Positions 47,498-57,910 of a stretch of DNA of 64,000 bases are shown here, one piece after another. Source of the DNA: Ignavibacteriota bacterium (GTDB taxonomy: Bacteria; Bacteroidota; Ignavibacteria; UBA10030); the NCBI GenBank assembly GCA_003170475.1, contig PMZI01000023.1, forward strand, positions 20,587-84,586. The letters run 5' to 3'. The notes under the pieces were generated by a model. It ran no database searches. It saw nothing but the letters and a program-made list of their open reading frames with translations, and had not been told where the DNA came from. Position 1 is the stretch's first letter. Each line of letters begins with the position of its first letter. Position numbers and translations under genes: made by a program.

Positions 47498-48754
47498 ATG
47501 AGCATTGTCCAGAGAATGAAAGAGCAGCCGATGTTCCGCAACCTGCTGATTTTTCTCAGCGTTGTGGGACCCGGCATCATTACCGGAAGCGTCGACAATG
47601 ATGCCGGTGGTATCACAACCTACTCTGTTGCCGGAGCCACGTACGGATACAAACTCCTCTGGACGCTGCTTCCGTCGTTCATTGCGTTGCTGACCGTTCA
47701 GGAGATGAACGCGCGCATGGGAATTGTGACGGGGAAGGGGCTTGCAGATCTTATTCGCGAGAACTTCGGCGTCAAGATTACGTTCTATATTTTCATTTTC
47801 CTGCTCGTTGCCGACGTCGGCAACACTGCCACGGAATTTGCGGGTGTGGCAGGAAGCATGATGGTGTTCAACATCGACAAGAATATCTCCGTCCCCCTGG
47901 CTGCGATCGCCGTGTGGCTTCTTGTCGTCAAAGGCAATTACAAAATTTCCGAGAAGATTTTTCTCCTCTTCAGTGTTTTTCTTCTTTCGTACGTGGTTTC
48001 AGCCCTGATGGCGAAACCGGACTGGGGTGAGATCGGAAAGGCAATGCTTGCGCCGTCAATCCAATGGGACACGCCTTACATTACAACGGTGCTGGGATTG
48101 GTGGGCACCACGGTTGCACCCTGGATGCAGTTCTACATGCAATCGTCCGTGATTGAGAAGGGTATCAAGATTGCCGATTACAAATACACCGTTTGGGATG
48201 TGGTGGTCGGTTGTATCGCGACCGTTGTCGTTGCATTCTTCATCATTGTTGCCTGCGGTGCCACTCTTCATGTGAACGGCGTGCATATCGAAGAGGCGAA
48301 GGATGCTGCGTTTTCGTTGAAGCCATTTGCGGGCGCTCTTGCAAGCGAGGTCTTTGCTTTCGGCCTTTTCGTGGCTTCGATTTTTTCTGCAGCGATTCTC
48401 CCGTTGGCGACTGCATTTTACATTTGCGAGGCCTTTGGCTTCGAGGCGGGCATCAACAAGAAGTTCTCGGAGGCGCCGCAGTTTTATTCATTGTTCACGT
48501 TGATCATCCTTATTGCTGTCGTCATCATCCTTATCCCGAATGCTCCACTGATCGCCATCACTATCTGGACGCAGGTGCTGAACGCTATACTTCTTCCCGT
48601 CGTCCTGATTTGCATGATGCTGATCATCAACAAGACGGAGATCATGGGAGAATATACAAATAAGCAATACCAGAACGTGATCGGGTGGACAACCTCCATC
48701 ATCCTGATCATTCTGAGTACGGTGCTTCTCGTCTCCGGCATCGGAGTTGGCTGA
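47498..48754 (+). CDS. NRAMP/SLC11-family transporter with non-canonical (NRMT-like) metal site
   Basis: 418 aa, about 11 TM. TM1 GPGIITGSVDNDAGGITT replaces DPGN. TM6 GTTVAPWMQFY replaces GATVMPH. Starts 1 nt after the upstream stop. Confidence 0.8.
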   Translation: MSIVQRMKEQPMFRNLLIFLSVVGPGIITGSVDNDAGGITTYSVAGATYGYKLLWTLLPSFIALLTVQEMNARMGIVTGKGLADLIRENFGVKITFYIFIFLLVADVGNTATEFAGVAGSMMVFNIDKNISVPLAAIAVWLLVVKGNYKISEKIFLLFSVFLLSYVVSALMAKPDWGEIGKAMLAPSIQWDTPYITTVLGLVGTTVAPWMQFYMQSSVIEKGIKIADYKYTVWDVVVGCIATVVVAFFIIVACGATLHVNGVHIEEAKDAAFSLKPFAGALASEVFAFGLFVASIFSAAILPLATAFYICEAFGFEAGINKKFSEAPQFYSLFTLIILIAVVIILIPNAPLIAITIWTQVLNAILLPVVLICMMLIINKTEIMGEYTNKQYQNVIGWTTSIILIILSTVLLVSGIGVG

Positions 48755-48818
48755 GGAGAACTCGCACCTTGACCAACAACTTGACTGATATTCACTCTCT
48801 AAAGAACGTGCTCACTCT

Positions 48819-49601
48819 ATGATCGATCTCTCTCAGAAAACCGTGTTCATTACCGGCGCCAGCAGCGGCATCGGACTTGCGTGCGCCTACGCATTTGCCC
48901 GTCAGGACGCGCGCCTCATCATTGCCGCACGACGCAAAGAACGCATTGAAGCTCTTGCACAGGAACTCAACCGGGTTCACGACACCGAGGTGCTCACCAT
49001 TCAGCTCGACGTCAGAAATCAACCAGCGGTGGAGAAGGCGGTGAAGGATCTTCCGCCGAACTGGAAGGACATTGACGTTCTCGTGAACAACGCAGGGCTC
49101 AGCCGCGGACTCGACAAGCTTTACGAAGGAAAGCTCGAGGACTGGGAGGAGATGATTGATACGAACATCAAGGGGTTACTGTATGTGAGCCGTGCTGTCA
49201 TTCCCGGCATGGTGGCGAGGGGAAGGGGAACTGTCATCAACATCGGATCCATCGCGGGGCACGAAGTGTATCCCGGTGGAAATGTCTACTGTGCAACGAA
49301 ATTTGCCGTCGATGCACTGACGAGGGGATTGCGCCACGATCTCGTTGACACGCCGATCCGCGTTTGCACGGTGGATCCCGGCCTTGTCGAAACAGAATTC
49401 AGTGTGGTGCGTTTCCGGGGAAATGAACAGCGGGCGAAAACTGTGTATCAGAATCTTTCTCCGCTCACAGGAGCTGACGTGGCGGATGCCGTTCTCTATT
49501 GCGCGTCACGGCCACCGCATGTACAAATCGCCGAGATGATCATCCTGCCCACCAATCAAGCTTCCGCGACACTCGTGCATCGCGCCCCGCCGACGAAATA
49601 A
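48819..49601 (+). CDS. SDR-family oxidoreductase (YdfG-like)
   Basis: TGASSGIG cofactor loop, NNAG, and the Y-x-x-x-K motif in YCATKFAV. Confidence 0.85.
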   Translation: MIDLSQKTVFITGASSGIGLACAYAFARQDARLIIAARRKERIEALAQELNRVHDTEVLTIQLDVRNQPAVEKAVKDLPPNWKDIDVLVNNAGLSRGLDKLYEGKLEDWEEMIDTNIKGLLYVSRAVIPGMVARGRGTVINIGSIAGHEVYPGGNVYCATKFAVDALTRGLRHDLVDTPIRVCTVDPGLVETEFSVVRFRGNEQRAKTVYQNLSPLTGADVADAVLYCASRPPHVQIAEMIILPTNQASATLVHRAPPTK

Positions 49602-49645
49602 GCATCGATGGTTTGTGGATGGCGACAGGGGCTGTTCGGTTTATC

Positions 49646-49685
49646 AGTGCCATGACATGAAAGATGCGTGGCACTCTTTTTTTTA
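49646..49685 (+). terminator. rho-independent terminator
   Basis: AGTGCCA-16 nt-TGGCACT followed by CTTTTTTTT. Confidence 0.65.
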
Positions 49686-49774
49686 TCCACCGACCCGATG
49701 AGCGGCTTTGCTTCACCGTTTTGATTTTGAAAGGCATATCGCTAACTTTGAAATAGTTTCCTGGAGGATAGGAC

Positions 49775-51292
49775 ATGCGGGGAGTTTCCGATACGAAGGA
49801 GCAGTCATCCGATCGCGTGGCAACGGAACTCGAGAAATACTTCGAGCCATTCCGCCGTCATACGGTCGGCTATCATCAGCCTTTCCAAACGCCGTACGGA
49901 GAGAAGCAGATTATTTACGCCGATTGGACCGCCAGCGGGCGACTGTACGGACCGATTGAAAACAAGATGCGAGATGTGTTTGGACCTTTTTTGGGCAACA
50001 CCCACACGGAAACGAACGTGACGGGCACATCGATGACCCAAGCGTATCGCATCGCTCACCAGATTATCAAGAGACATGTGAATGCGGGACCGGACGATGT
50101 ACTGCTCTTCTCCGGTTTTGGGATGACGGCTGCCGTCTGCAAACTTCAGCGGATGCTCGGATTGAAGGTTCCCGAACAGATCGATCCATATGTTTCCCTG
50201 CCTCCTGAGTTGAAACCTGTCGTGTTCGTTACTCATATGGAGCATCACTCCAATCAAACTTCGTGGTACGAGACGCTCGCTGACGTCTGCGTGATCAAGC
50301 CCACCAGCGATGGGTTTGTGGACGTTGATGATCTCAGGGCGTCGCTGAAGGAATATCGAAACCGCAAGCTCAAGATCGGCTCGTTTACCGCCTGTTCAAA
50401 CGTCACGGGCATTCAGACTCCTTATCATGCCCTGGCGAAGATCATGCACGAGCACGGAGGACTGGCCTTTGTCGATTTCGCAGCCTCAGCACCGTATGTG
50501 CCCATCGACATGCGCCCTGCGGATCCAAGCGAAAAACTCGACGCCATCTTCTTTTCCCCGCACAAGTTCCTTGGCGGACCCGGGGGTTCGGGGGTGTTAG
50601 TCTTCGACTCAAATTTGTACCATCTCCGCTCTCCTGACCAGCCTGGAGGTGGGACGGTCCTCTGGACGAATCCTTGGGGAGAGTACAAATACAAGCCAGA
50701 AATTGAGGAACGTGAGGACGGAGGTACGCCGGGGTTTCTTCAGGCAATCCGGGCCGCGCTTGCAATCGAACTCAAGGAGCAGATGGGCTCCGAGAAGATG
50801 CTGCTCCGAGAAAAACAGCTCGTAAAGAAACTTTTCCGGGGAATGCGGGAAATTCCCGGACTGACGATACTGGCTGATACCATAGAAGAACGTCTGGGCA
50901 TTCTTTCCTTCTATTTCGAGGGAATACACTACAATCTGATCGTCAAGCTGCTCAACGACAGGTACGGTATCCAAGTGCGCGGTGGCTGTTCGTGTGCCGG
51001 AACGTACGGTCATTACCTGCTTCATGTCGACCATTCCTCTTCACAGCGGATTACCGACAAGATCAGCAGCGGGGACTTTTCCACGAAACCAGGGTGGGTG
51101 CGACTCTCCGTTCACCCAACCACCACGGACGAAGAGCTTTCTTACATAATCGACGCATTGCGGGAAACCGGACGGAATGCCAGCAACTGGGCACAGGAGT
51201 ACCACTACAACTCACATACCAACGAGTATCAACACAAGTCAGGCGACACCGAGCTGCAACAAACCATCCAACGGTGGTTTAAGCTGCAATAG
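49775..51292 (+). CDS. class V aminotransferase-fold PLP enzyme (cysteine desulfurase / selenocysteine lyase-like)
   Basis: 505 aa. THMEHHSN and PLP-lysine context FFSPHKFLGGPGGSGVL. Confidence 0.7.
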   Translation: MRGVSDTKEQSSDRVATELEKYFEPFRRHTVGYHQPFQTPYGEKQIIYADWTASGRLYGPIENKMRDVFGPFLGNTHTETNVTGTSMTQAYRIAHQIIKRHVNAGPDDVLLFSGFGMTAAVCKLQRMLGLKVPEQIDPYVSLPPELKPVVFVTHMEHHSNQTSWYETLADVCVIKPTSDGFVDVDDLRASLKEYRNRKLKIGSFTACSNVTGIQTPYHALAKIMHEHGGLAFVDFAASAPYVPIDMRPADPSEKLDAIFFSPHKFLGGPGGSGVLVFDSNLYHLRSPDQPGGGTVLWTNPWGEYKYKPEIEEREDGGTPGFLQAIRAALAIELKEQMGSEKMLLREKQLVKKLFRGMREIPGLTILADTIEERLGILSFYFEGIHYNLIVKLLNDRYGIQVRGGCSCAGTYGHYLLHVDHSSSQRITDKISSGDFSTKPGWVRLSVHPTTTDEELSYIIDALRETGRNASNWAQEYHYNSHTNEYQHKSGDTELQQTIQRWFKLQ

Positions 51293-51487
51293 GGGTCGTA
51301 TTTGACGGCGCGGGATTTCCCGTGAACGTCGACCAACGGTCCGGATGGAGCCTCTTCTATCGCTAGCCTGAAGCACATTTCTATTCTCGATATCGACTCA
51401 CCTCTGCTTGCATCTCTCACACAAGAACTTGTACATTCGTATCGCAACCACGCACCGCTCTCTCACCATGCCCGGGGAGATTTTGAT

Positions 51488-53767
51488 TTGAAAAGCCACC
51501 CACATGTCTGTCTTGTCGCCGCCATTGTTTCGATCACCGTTTTCCTTTCTGTCCTCTCCGCACAAACCAAGCCGGCGACTTATTATGTTTCTCCACTCGG
51601 GGACGATTCCTGGTCAGGAACTGTGGCGTCATCAAACCGGAATTTGACCGACGGACCGTTTGCAACTCTTGAACGCGCCAACCTCGCCATTCTTCAGCTA
51701 GAATTGAAGGGCGATATTCCTGAAAGCGGTGTAGAGGTGCTACTTCGCGGCGGGACATATTCTCTGACCCACACTCTGCATCTATCCGCAGAGGGTGTTG
51801 GGATGAATGAGTCACCAATCCAATGGTCAGCCTATCCCGGAGAATCGGTCGTGCTCACCGGCGGCAGAGACATCGCTGGATTTCATTTAATCACAGACCA
51901 GTCTATTTTGAACAGAATCGATCCTCAATACCACACGAAAATCCTTGTGACTAATCTGCGGGAGCAGGGGATATCAGATTTTGGGGAGATTCTCCAGCGG
52001 GGGAATCCGGGGCTCGAGCTTTTCTTCAACGGTCAACGAATGACCATCGCCCGGTGGCCAAATACAGGATGGCTTCACATCGCCGATGTGCCGCAGAATG
52101 GAGACAGCCTCTTCAACAAGGGGTTAGATCGCGAGAAACGATACGATGGTGTGCCCGTCGGCCGGCACTATGGTCGGATAACATACGAAGGCGATCGCCC
52201 GAAGCGATGGTCCCCCGACAATGAAATCTATTTGCATGGATACTGGACCTGGGATTGGAGTGACTCGTTCCAGCGAGTGAAGTCGATCAATACCGTAAAA
52301 AGGGAGATCACGCTTCGGGAACCTCATCATTGGTATGGCTACACAAAGAACCAGCGCTACTATGTTCTCAATGTTCTCGAGGAACTGGATTCTCCCGGCG
52401 AGTGGTACCTCGACAGGAAAAACGGCCTTCTCTATTTCTGGCCACCCGGGCCACTGAATGCGGCATCCGTAACTGTTTCTCTGCTCAATGAGCCCCTCAT
52501 CTCCACTGACAGCACGAACTTTGTCACCATCAGCAACATTATATTCGAGCAGAGCCGGTCCAACGGCGTTACGATCACGGGGGGACAGCGCAATCTCGTT
52601 GCCGGATGCACGTTTCGTAATCTGGGGAATGATGCTGTTGTTATCGACGGGGGCACAAAGAACGGTGTCCAGAGTTGCGATCTCTATGATCTTTCCCTTG
52701 GCGCTCTTCGAATCAAGGGGGGCGACCGAAAGAATTTAGTCCCCGCGGGAAATTTCGCTGTCAACAACCATATTCATCATTACAGTTCATGGATGAGAAC
52801 GGGACAGTACGCCGTTCTCGTTGAAGGCGTTGGTCAGCGGGTTCAGCACAACCGTATCCACGATGCTCCGCACGAAGCGCTGACGCTGCGCGGCAACGAC
52901 CATCTCTTCGAATTCAACGAAGTGTATCGTGTCTGCCAGGAGACCGGCGATGCGGGTGCATTTCACACAGGACGCGATTTCACCTGGAGAGGCAACGTAA
53001 TCCGGTACAACTACTTCCATGACCTTCTTGGACCCGGATTGCATGGTGTAATGGCTGTATATCTTGATGATTGGGCAAGCGGGTTCCTGGTGTACGGAAA
53101 TGTATTCTACCGCTCGGGGCGTTCTGCCATGATCGGCGGCGGCCGTGACAACACGATTGAAAACAACATATTTGTTGATTGTCGGCCATCTGTGCATGTC
53201 GATGCCCGGGGACTTGGGTGGGCCGCGTACTATTTTGACGGAAAGACATGGACCGGACTCTTCGACGCGCTGAAGGAATACCGTTATCAGGATCCTCCGT
53301 ACAGCACTCGTTACCCGGATTTGCCGAGGCTTGCAACGGAGAACCCGGCTTTGCCCACGAACAACAAGATCATCCGTAACATCTCCGTTGGCGGCCGATG
53401 GCTTGATATCTATGACGCCAACTCCTTCGACTTCTCCATCGTCACCATGAAAGACAACGTGATCGCCGATTCCCTTATTTGTCGCCGGCTTGAAAAGGGA
53501 AAAACGGGATGGGATCCGTACTATCTGGATATTGATACAAAAGATGGCTATGTACTTCTTACAAGCGCCGATGAAGCAATCAAGCGAGAGTTCAAAGGAA
53601 ATGTGTTTCTTTCCACAGATCCTGGTTTTGTGAATTCAGAGGGTCTGGATTTTCGACTGAAGAATTCGTCTCCTGCATTGGCATTCGGCTTCAAACCGAT
53701 TCCTTTTGATAAGATCGGTTTGCAGGTTGACGGGTTCCGCCGAACGTTACCGGCGCGGACTCCATGA
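51488..53767 (+). CDS. secreted right-handed parallel beta-helix repeat protein
   Basis: TTG start, signal peptide. Repeated NGVTITGG..NLVAGCTFRNLGNDAVVIDGG..NGVQSCDLYD coils. No T9SS tail. Confidence 0.7.
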   Translation: MKSHPHVCLVAAIVSITVFLSVLSAQTKPATYYVSPLGDDSWSGTVASSNRNLTDGPFATLERANLAILQLELKGDIPESGVEVLLRGGTYSLTHTLHLSAEGVGMNESPIQWSAYPGESVVLTGGRDIAGFHLITDQSILNRIDPQYHTKILVTNLREQGISDFGEILQRGNPGLELFFNGQRMTIARWPNTGWLHIADVPQNGDSLFNKGLDREKRYDGVPVGRHYGRITYEGDRPKRWSPDNEIYLHGYWTWDWSDSFQRVKSINTVKREITLREPHHWYGYTKNQRYYVLNVLEELDSPGEWYLDRKNGLLYFWPPGPLNAASVTVSLLNEPLISTDSTNFVTISNIIFEQSRSNGVTITGGQRNLVAGCTFRNLGNDAVVIDGGTKNGVQSCDLYDLSLGALRIKGGDRKNLVPAGNFAVNNHIHHYSSWMRTGQYAVLVEGVGQRVQHNRIHDAPHEALTLRGNDHLFEFNEVYRVCQETGDAGAFHTGRDFTWRGNVIRYNYFHDLLGPGLHGVMAVYLDDWASGFLVYGNVFYRSGRSAMIGGGRDNTIENNIFVDCRPSVHVDARGLGWAAYYFDGKTWTGLFDALKEYRYQDPPYSTRYPDLPRLATENPALPTNNKIIRNISVGGRWLDIYDANSFDFSIVTMKDNVIADSLICRRLEKGKTGWDPYYLDIDTKDGYVLLTSADEAIKREFKGNVFLSTDPGFVNSEGLDFRLKNSSPALAFGFKPIPFDKIGLQVDGFRRTLPARTP

Positions 53768-53825
53768 AATTCTGAAACGAAGGAACTTCCTATTTGTCGT
53801 CACGCACAAAAGAAAGGCTGAGGAT

Positions 53826-54329
53826 ATGAGCGTTCAACACTCCGATACGATGCTGGAGATGGCACGGGCCATTATGAAAGAAGCGGACTACTGCTTTTTC
53901 ATGACCCATGGAGATTCCGGAGAGATCAATGCGAGGCTGATGCATCCATTCGAGCCCGATGGAGAATTTAATGTGTACCTTGGCGCCAGTCCGAACTCGC
54001 GCAAAGCACGCGAAATTCTCAAGCAGAACAATGTCACGCTCTCGTTTATCAACCCCCGCAGCACGGCCTACGCCACGCTCGTCGGCACCGCGACTCTCGA
54101 GAATGATGCTGTGTTAAAACGAAAATACTGGAGAGCCTATTGGACCGACATGTACCCCGGCGGACCGGAAAACAATGAGTATGTATTAATCAAAATCGTT
54201 CCCTACCGAATCGAATTTATGAATTTCTCAAACGCCGCGCTTCCTCAACCGTACGGTCTGAAGCCCAATGGCCTGCAGCGATCGAAAGGCGGGGGGTGGA
54301 CCGAAATCGAATCGCGCGATACGCTGTAA
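53826..54329 (+). CDS. pyridoxamine 5'-phosphate oxidase-like FMN-binding protein (general stress protein 26-like)
   Basis: ORF 53706..54329; ATG at 53826 after the upstream stop. CFFMTHGDSGEINARLM...VTLSF...YVLIKIVPYRIEF pattern. Confidence 0.65.
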   Translation: MSVQHSDTMLEMARAIMKEADYCFFMTHGDSGEINARLMHPFEPDGEFNVYLGASPNSRKAREILKQNNVTLSFINPRSTAYATLVGTATLENDAVLKRKYWRAYWTDMYPGGPENNEYVLIKIVPYRIEFMNFSNAALPQPYGLKPNGLQRSKGGGWTEIESRDTL

Positions 54330-54383
54330 GGTCGCCGAAGAAGACTGTCAACTTTCACTAACTATTGCTGAAAGTCTGTCTCC

Positions 54384-55358
54384 ATGCGCACAGGAACTCT
54401 TTTGACCATCCTTGTCTTCGTCATGTTTGCGTCGATCACCGGCTGCAGCACGAAGCAAAAGGAACAACCCAAAAAGCGAATTGCAGGAATCGTTTTTCAG
54501 GAAGACCAGTTCTTCCGGTTGATTCTCTTCGGTATGCGGGATGCTGCGACGAAAAATGGTGCGGAACTGCTCGAGGCAAACAGCGACGGCAAGCCAGACA
54601 AAGAAGTTCAATTGATCAATACCTATATCGCGAACAACGTCGACGCTATCGTTATCTCTCCGTTGAGTGCGAAGGCATCGTTAAGCGCTCTGTCCCGCGC
54701 GCATGAAAAGGGTATTGTGATCGTAACGTACAACACCACCATCGAGGGTGATGCGCCGGCATCTTTTGTCGAGAGCGATCAGTCGGATTTGGGAGCATCA
54801 ACCGGACGAGCGGCACGAGCATACGTTGAGAGCCGGCTTGGCGGCAAGGCCCAGGTCGCTATTATCTCGGGACGATCGCAGATACCGGAGCAAGCGAACA
54901 TGCGGATCGGCGGCTTCCAGAGCGAAATTACGAAACTTCCCGGGGTCAAGATTGTTGCCGATCAGGATGCCTGGCTCGCCGAACAGGCCGTGAAGAAGGT
55001 TGGCGATATTCTCACCGCGAATCCTCATGTCGACATCATCTGGGCAGCAAATGAGGGGGGAACGGTTGGGGCCGTTATGGCTGTCAAGAATGCCGGCAAA
55101 GCCGGCAGGGTTGCCGTGTTCGGCACAGACAACAGTGAACAGCTTTCGAATTTTCTCCTGGACGACGACCACATTCTTCAGGCGGTCACGGGTCAGAGGC
55201 CTTTCGATCTCGGATCCAAGGCCGTAGAAGCTGCTATCAACGTGCTGAAGGGACAGCAGGTTGAAAAGAAGGTTTCACTCCCGGGGGTTTTGCTTTCACG
55301 AGAAAAGCCCGAGGAAGTGAGGCAGTTTAAGGAACACCTGAAACAGTTGACGCAGTAG
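54384..55358 (+). CDS. sugar ABC transporter substrate-binding lipoprotein (RbsB-like), copy 1
   Basis: Lipobox ITGCS. Type I periplasmic-binding fold pattern (IAGIVFQEDQFF...NNVDAIVISP...ANEGGTVGAVMAV). Confidence 0.85.
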   Translation: MRTGTLLTILVFVMFASITGCSTKQKEQPKKRIAGIVFQEDQFFRLILFGMRDAATKNGAELLEANSDGKPDKEVQLINTYIANNVDAIVISPLSAKASLSALSRAHEKGIVIVTYNTTIEGDAPASFVESDQSDLGASTGRAARAYVESRLGGKAQVAIISGRSQIPEQANMRIGGFQSEITKLPGVKIVADQDAWLAEQAVKKVGDILTANPHVDIIWAANEGGTVGAVMAVKNAGKAGRVAVFGTDNSEQLSNFLLDDDHILQAVTGQRPFDLGSKAVEAAINVLKGQQVEKKVSLPGVLLSREKPEEVRQFKEHLKQLTQ

Positions 55359-55410
55359 TCCTGTCACATCAGAGACAATCACCACGCACCGTCACGCAGA
55401 AGGCACCGTC

Positions 55411-56385
55411 ATGGTTCGAAAAGCTCTTCTCTTTACACTCCTCCTCCTGGTTGGACTTTCTCTCAACGGTTGCAGCACCAAACAGAAAGAGCCCGGCAAA
55501 AAGCGGATAGCAGGAATCGTCTTCCAGGAAGATCAGTTCTTCCGGCTGGTGATCTTTGGAATGCGCGACGCAGCAAAAAGAAATGATGTCGAGTTACTGG
55601 AGGCCAACAGCGCCAACAAGCCCGACAAGGAAGACCAGTTGATCAACACCTACATCGCGAACAATGTGGATGCGATTGCCATTGCCCCGCTCAGCGCCAA
55701 ATCTTCTATCAGCGCTCTTGAACGCGCACGGCAGAAGGGAATCACCATCGTCACTCATAACATGACCCTCGAGAGCGATCTGGCGGCTGCGTCGATCGAG
55801 AGCGATCAGTTCGATATTGGGGCGTCGACCGGACGAGCGGCTCGTGCATACATCGAGAGCAAACTCGGCGGCAAAGCCAAGGTGGCGATCATCGCCTTTC
55901 AATCTCAATTGCCGGAACAAAGCTCCCTGCGAACGAACGGGTTCAAGAGCGAAGTCACCAAGCTGCCCGGCGTCACGATCGTCTCCGAGCAGGATGCGTG
56001 GCTCGCCGAACAAGCTGTCAAGAAGGTGGGCGATGTCCTGACCGCCAACCCCGGTGTGAATGTAGTGTACGCTGCCAACGAAGGGGGCACGGTGGGCGCC
56101 GTCATGGCCGTCAAGAATTCGGGTAAGGCGGGGAAGGTTGCCGTCTTTGGAACCGATACGAGCGAACAGCTGGCTGATTTTCTGCTCGATGATTCAAACA
56201 TTCTCCATGCAATCACCGGACAGCGACCTTTTGAAATCGGGTCGATGGCGGTGGAAGCGGCGGTAAAGATTTTGAAAGGCGAAAAAGTTGAAAAGAAGGT
56301 ATCCCTGCCCGGATTCCTTCTGACGAGAGAAAAGCCTGATGAAGTAAAGCAATTCAAAGATCGCCTGAAAGAACTGAGCAAATAG
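55411..56385 (+). CDS. sugar ABC transporter substrate-binding lipoprotein, copy 2
   Basis: Also exactly 324 aa, lipobox LNGCS. Roughly three-quarters identical to copy 1 by eye. Confidence 0.85.
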   Translation: MVRKALLFTLLLLVGLSLNGCSTKQKEPGKKRIAGIVFQEDQFFRLVIFGMRDAAKRNDVELLEANSANKPDKEDQLINTYIANNVDAIAIAPLSAKSSISALERARQKGITIVTHNMTLESDLAAASIESDQFDIGASTGRAARAYIESKLGGKAKVAIIAFQSQLPEQSSLRTNGFKSEVTKLPGVTIVSEQDAWLAEQAVKKVGDVLTANPGVNVVYAANEGGTVGAVMAVKNSGKAGKVAVFGTDTSEQLADFLLDDSNILHAITGQRPFEIGSMAVEAAVKILKGEKVEKKVSLPGFLLTREKPDEVKQFKDRLKELSK

Positions 56386-56401
56386 CCCGCCCACTGCCTG
56401 C

Positions 56402-57910
56402 ATGAGCACACCGGCCCACAGTCTTCAGACGCGTTCCTTGCGCAAAGAGTATCCTGGTACGGTTGCTCTGGATGACGTTAGCGTTTCCTTCACCGGCGGG
56501 AAGATTCACGCCCTGATCGGAAAGAATGGCGCCGGCAAAAGCACGCTTGTCAAAATCATCTCCGGTGCAACACAACCCACCCGCGGATCAATTCTCGTCG
56601 ATGGCCTCGAAGTCTCTCTCCCTTCGCCTCGTCATGCTCTCGAAAGAGGCATTGTGGCTGTTCACCAGGAACTCAGTCTCGTCCCCGAACTCACGGTCGC
56701 TGAAAACATTCTCCTCGGCCGATTGCCGAAAAAGCACGGTCTGCGGAATTCTGTGATCGATTGGCGCAGCGTGTTTCTGCGTGCCGGGCAAGTTCTTGAC
56801 GATCTTGGCGTCTATCTCGATGTGCATGAAAAGGCCGGCACCCTGGGCATTGCTCAACAGCAAGTCGTGGAGATTGCGAAGGCGATGTCGTACGAACCCT
56901 CCATCCTGATTCTCGACGAACCGACTTCCGCCCTCGCTCAACACGAAACCGAGCGACTCTTTGATGTTCTGAAGAAGCTCAAGACGCGTGGCGTCGTTCT
57001 CCTCTATATTACTCACAGACTTCAAGAACTGCATGAAATTGCAGATACTGTGACAGTCCTCCGCAATGGGGCGCTTGTGGGAACCATCGGAATTGACCAG
57101 GCGACTCCTGCCGCGATTGTTCAAATGATGTTTGGTGAGGTCGTCCAACGCTCCAGGCCCGTTGACCTGATTGCCCCGACAGAGCCATTCGTTGAGGTGC
57201 GGTCCTTGAGCAGAACCGGTTCATTCGATGATGTCAACTTCACGGTCAACAAGGGCGAGGTCCTTGGCATCGCTGGTCTGCTTGGCTCGGGGAGAACAGA
57301 ACTTCTCAGGGCAATTTTCGGTGCCGATCCGCCTGATTCCGGCGAGTTGATCATCGCCGGACAGCACATCCGTCCGACAAGTCCGGAGCAGATGAAGGAG
57401 CTCGGCATCGCCATGACGCCGGAGAACCGGAAAGACCAGGGATTGGTGCAACTTCTCAGCACCAGTGTCAATCTGTGTCTGTCCAGCCTTCATCGCATCG
57501 CTTCTCATGGATTTTTGACTCGCACCAGGGAAGAACGTTTGGTGGAAAAAAATGTTCGGGAGCTTGATATCAAAGTGAACAGGACGGACGCACCTGTCGC
57601 ATTTCTTAGCGGCGGAAATCAACAGAAGGTCGTTATCGGAAAGTGGCTCAACACGAACCCCCGGCTTGTTCTTCTCGACGAACCAACCCGAGGCATCGAC
57701 GTGCAGGCGAAGCAGCAGATGTTCCAGATCATCTGGGACATGAGCAAACGGGGCATCAGCTGTATCGTCGTGTCGAGTGAACTGGAAGAACTTCTGGACA
57801 TCTGCCACCGCATTCTGATTATGCGCGCAGGTCGCATCGTAAGCGAGGTTCGACCTTCTGAGATCTCGCTTGAAAATCTGTTTGCCGCTTGTATGAAAGA
57901 GGAAGTATGA
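56402..57910 (+). CDS. sugar ABC transporter ATP-binding protein (two fused ABC domains)
   Basis: Walker A GKNGAGKST, signature LSGGNQQKV, Walker B LLDEPT in both halves. Confidence 0.9.
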   Translation: MSTPAHSLQTRSLRKEYPGTVALDDVSVSFTGGKIHALIGKNGAGKSTLVKIISGATQPTRGSILVDGLEVSLPSPRHALERGIVAVHQELSLVPELTVAENILLGRLPKKHGLRNSVIDWRSVFLRAGQVLDDLGVYLDVHEKAGTLGIAQQQVVEIAKAMSYEPSILILDEPTSALAQHETERLFDVLKKLKTRGVVLLYITHRLQELHEIADTVTVLRNGALVGTIGIDQATPAAIVQMMFGEVVQRSRPVDLIAPTEPFVEVRSLSRTGSFDDVNFTVNKGEVLGIAGLLGSGRTELLRAIFGADPPDSGELIIAGQHIRPTSPEQMKELGIAMTPENRKDQGLVQLLSTSVNLCLSSLHRIASHGFLTRTREERLVEKNVRELDIKVNRTDAPVAFLSGGNQQKVVIGKWLNTNPRLVLLDEPTRGIDVQAKQQMFQIIWDMSKRGISCIVVSSELEELLDICHRILIMRAGRIVSEVRPSEISLENLFAACMKEEV

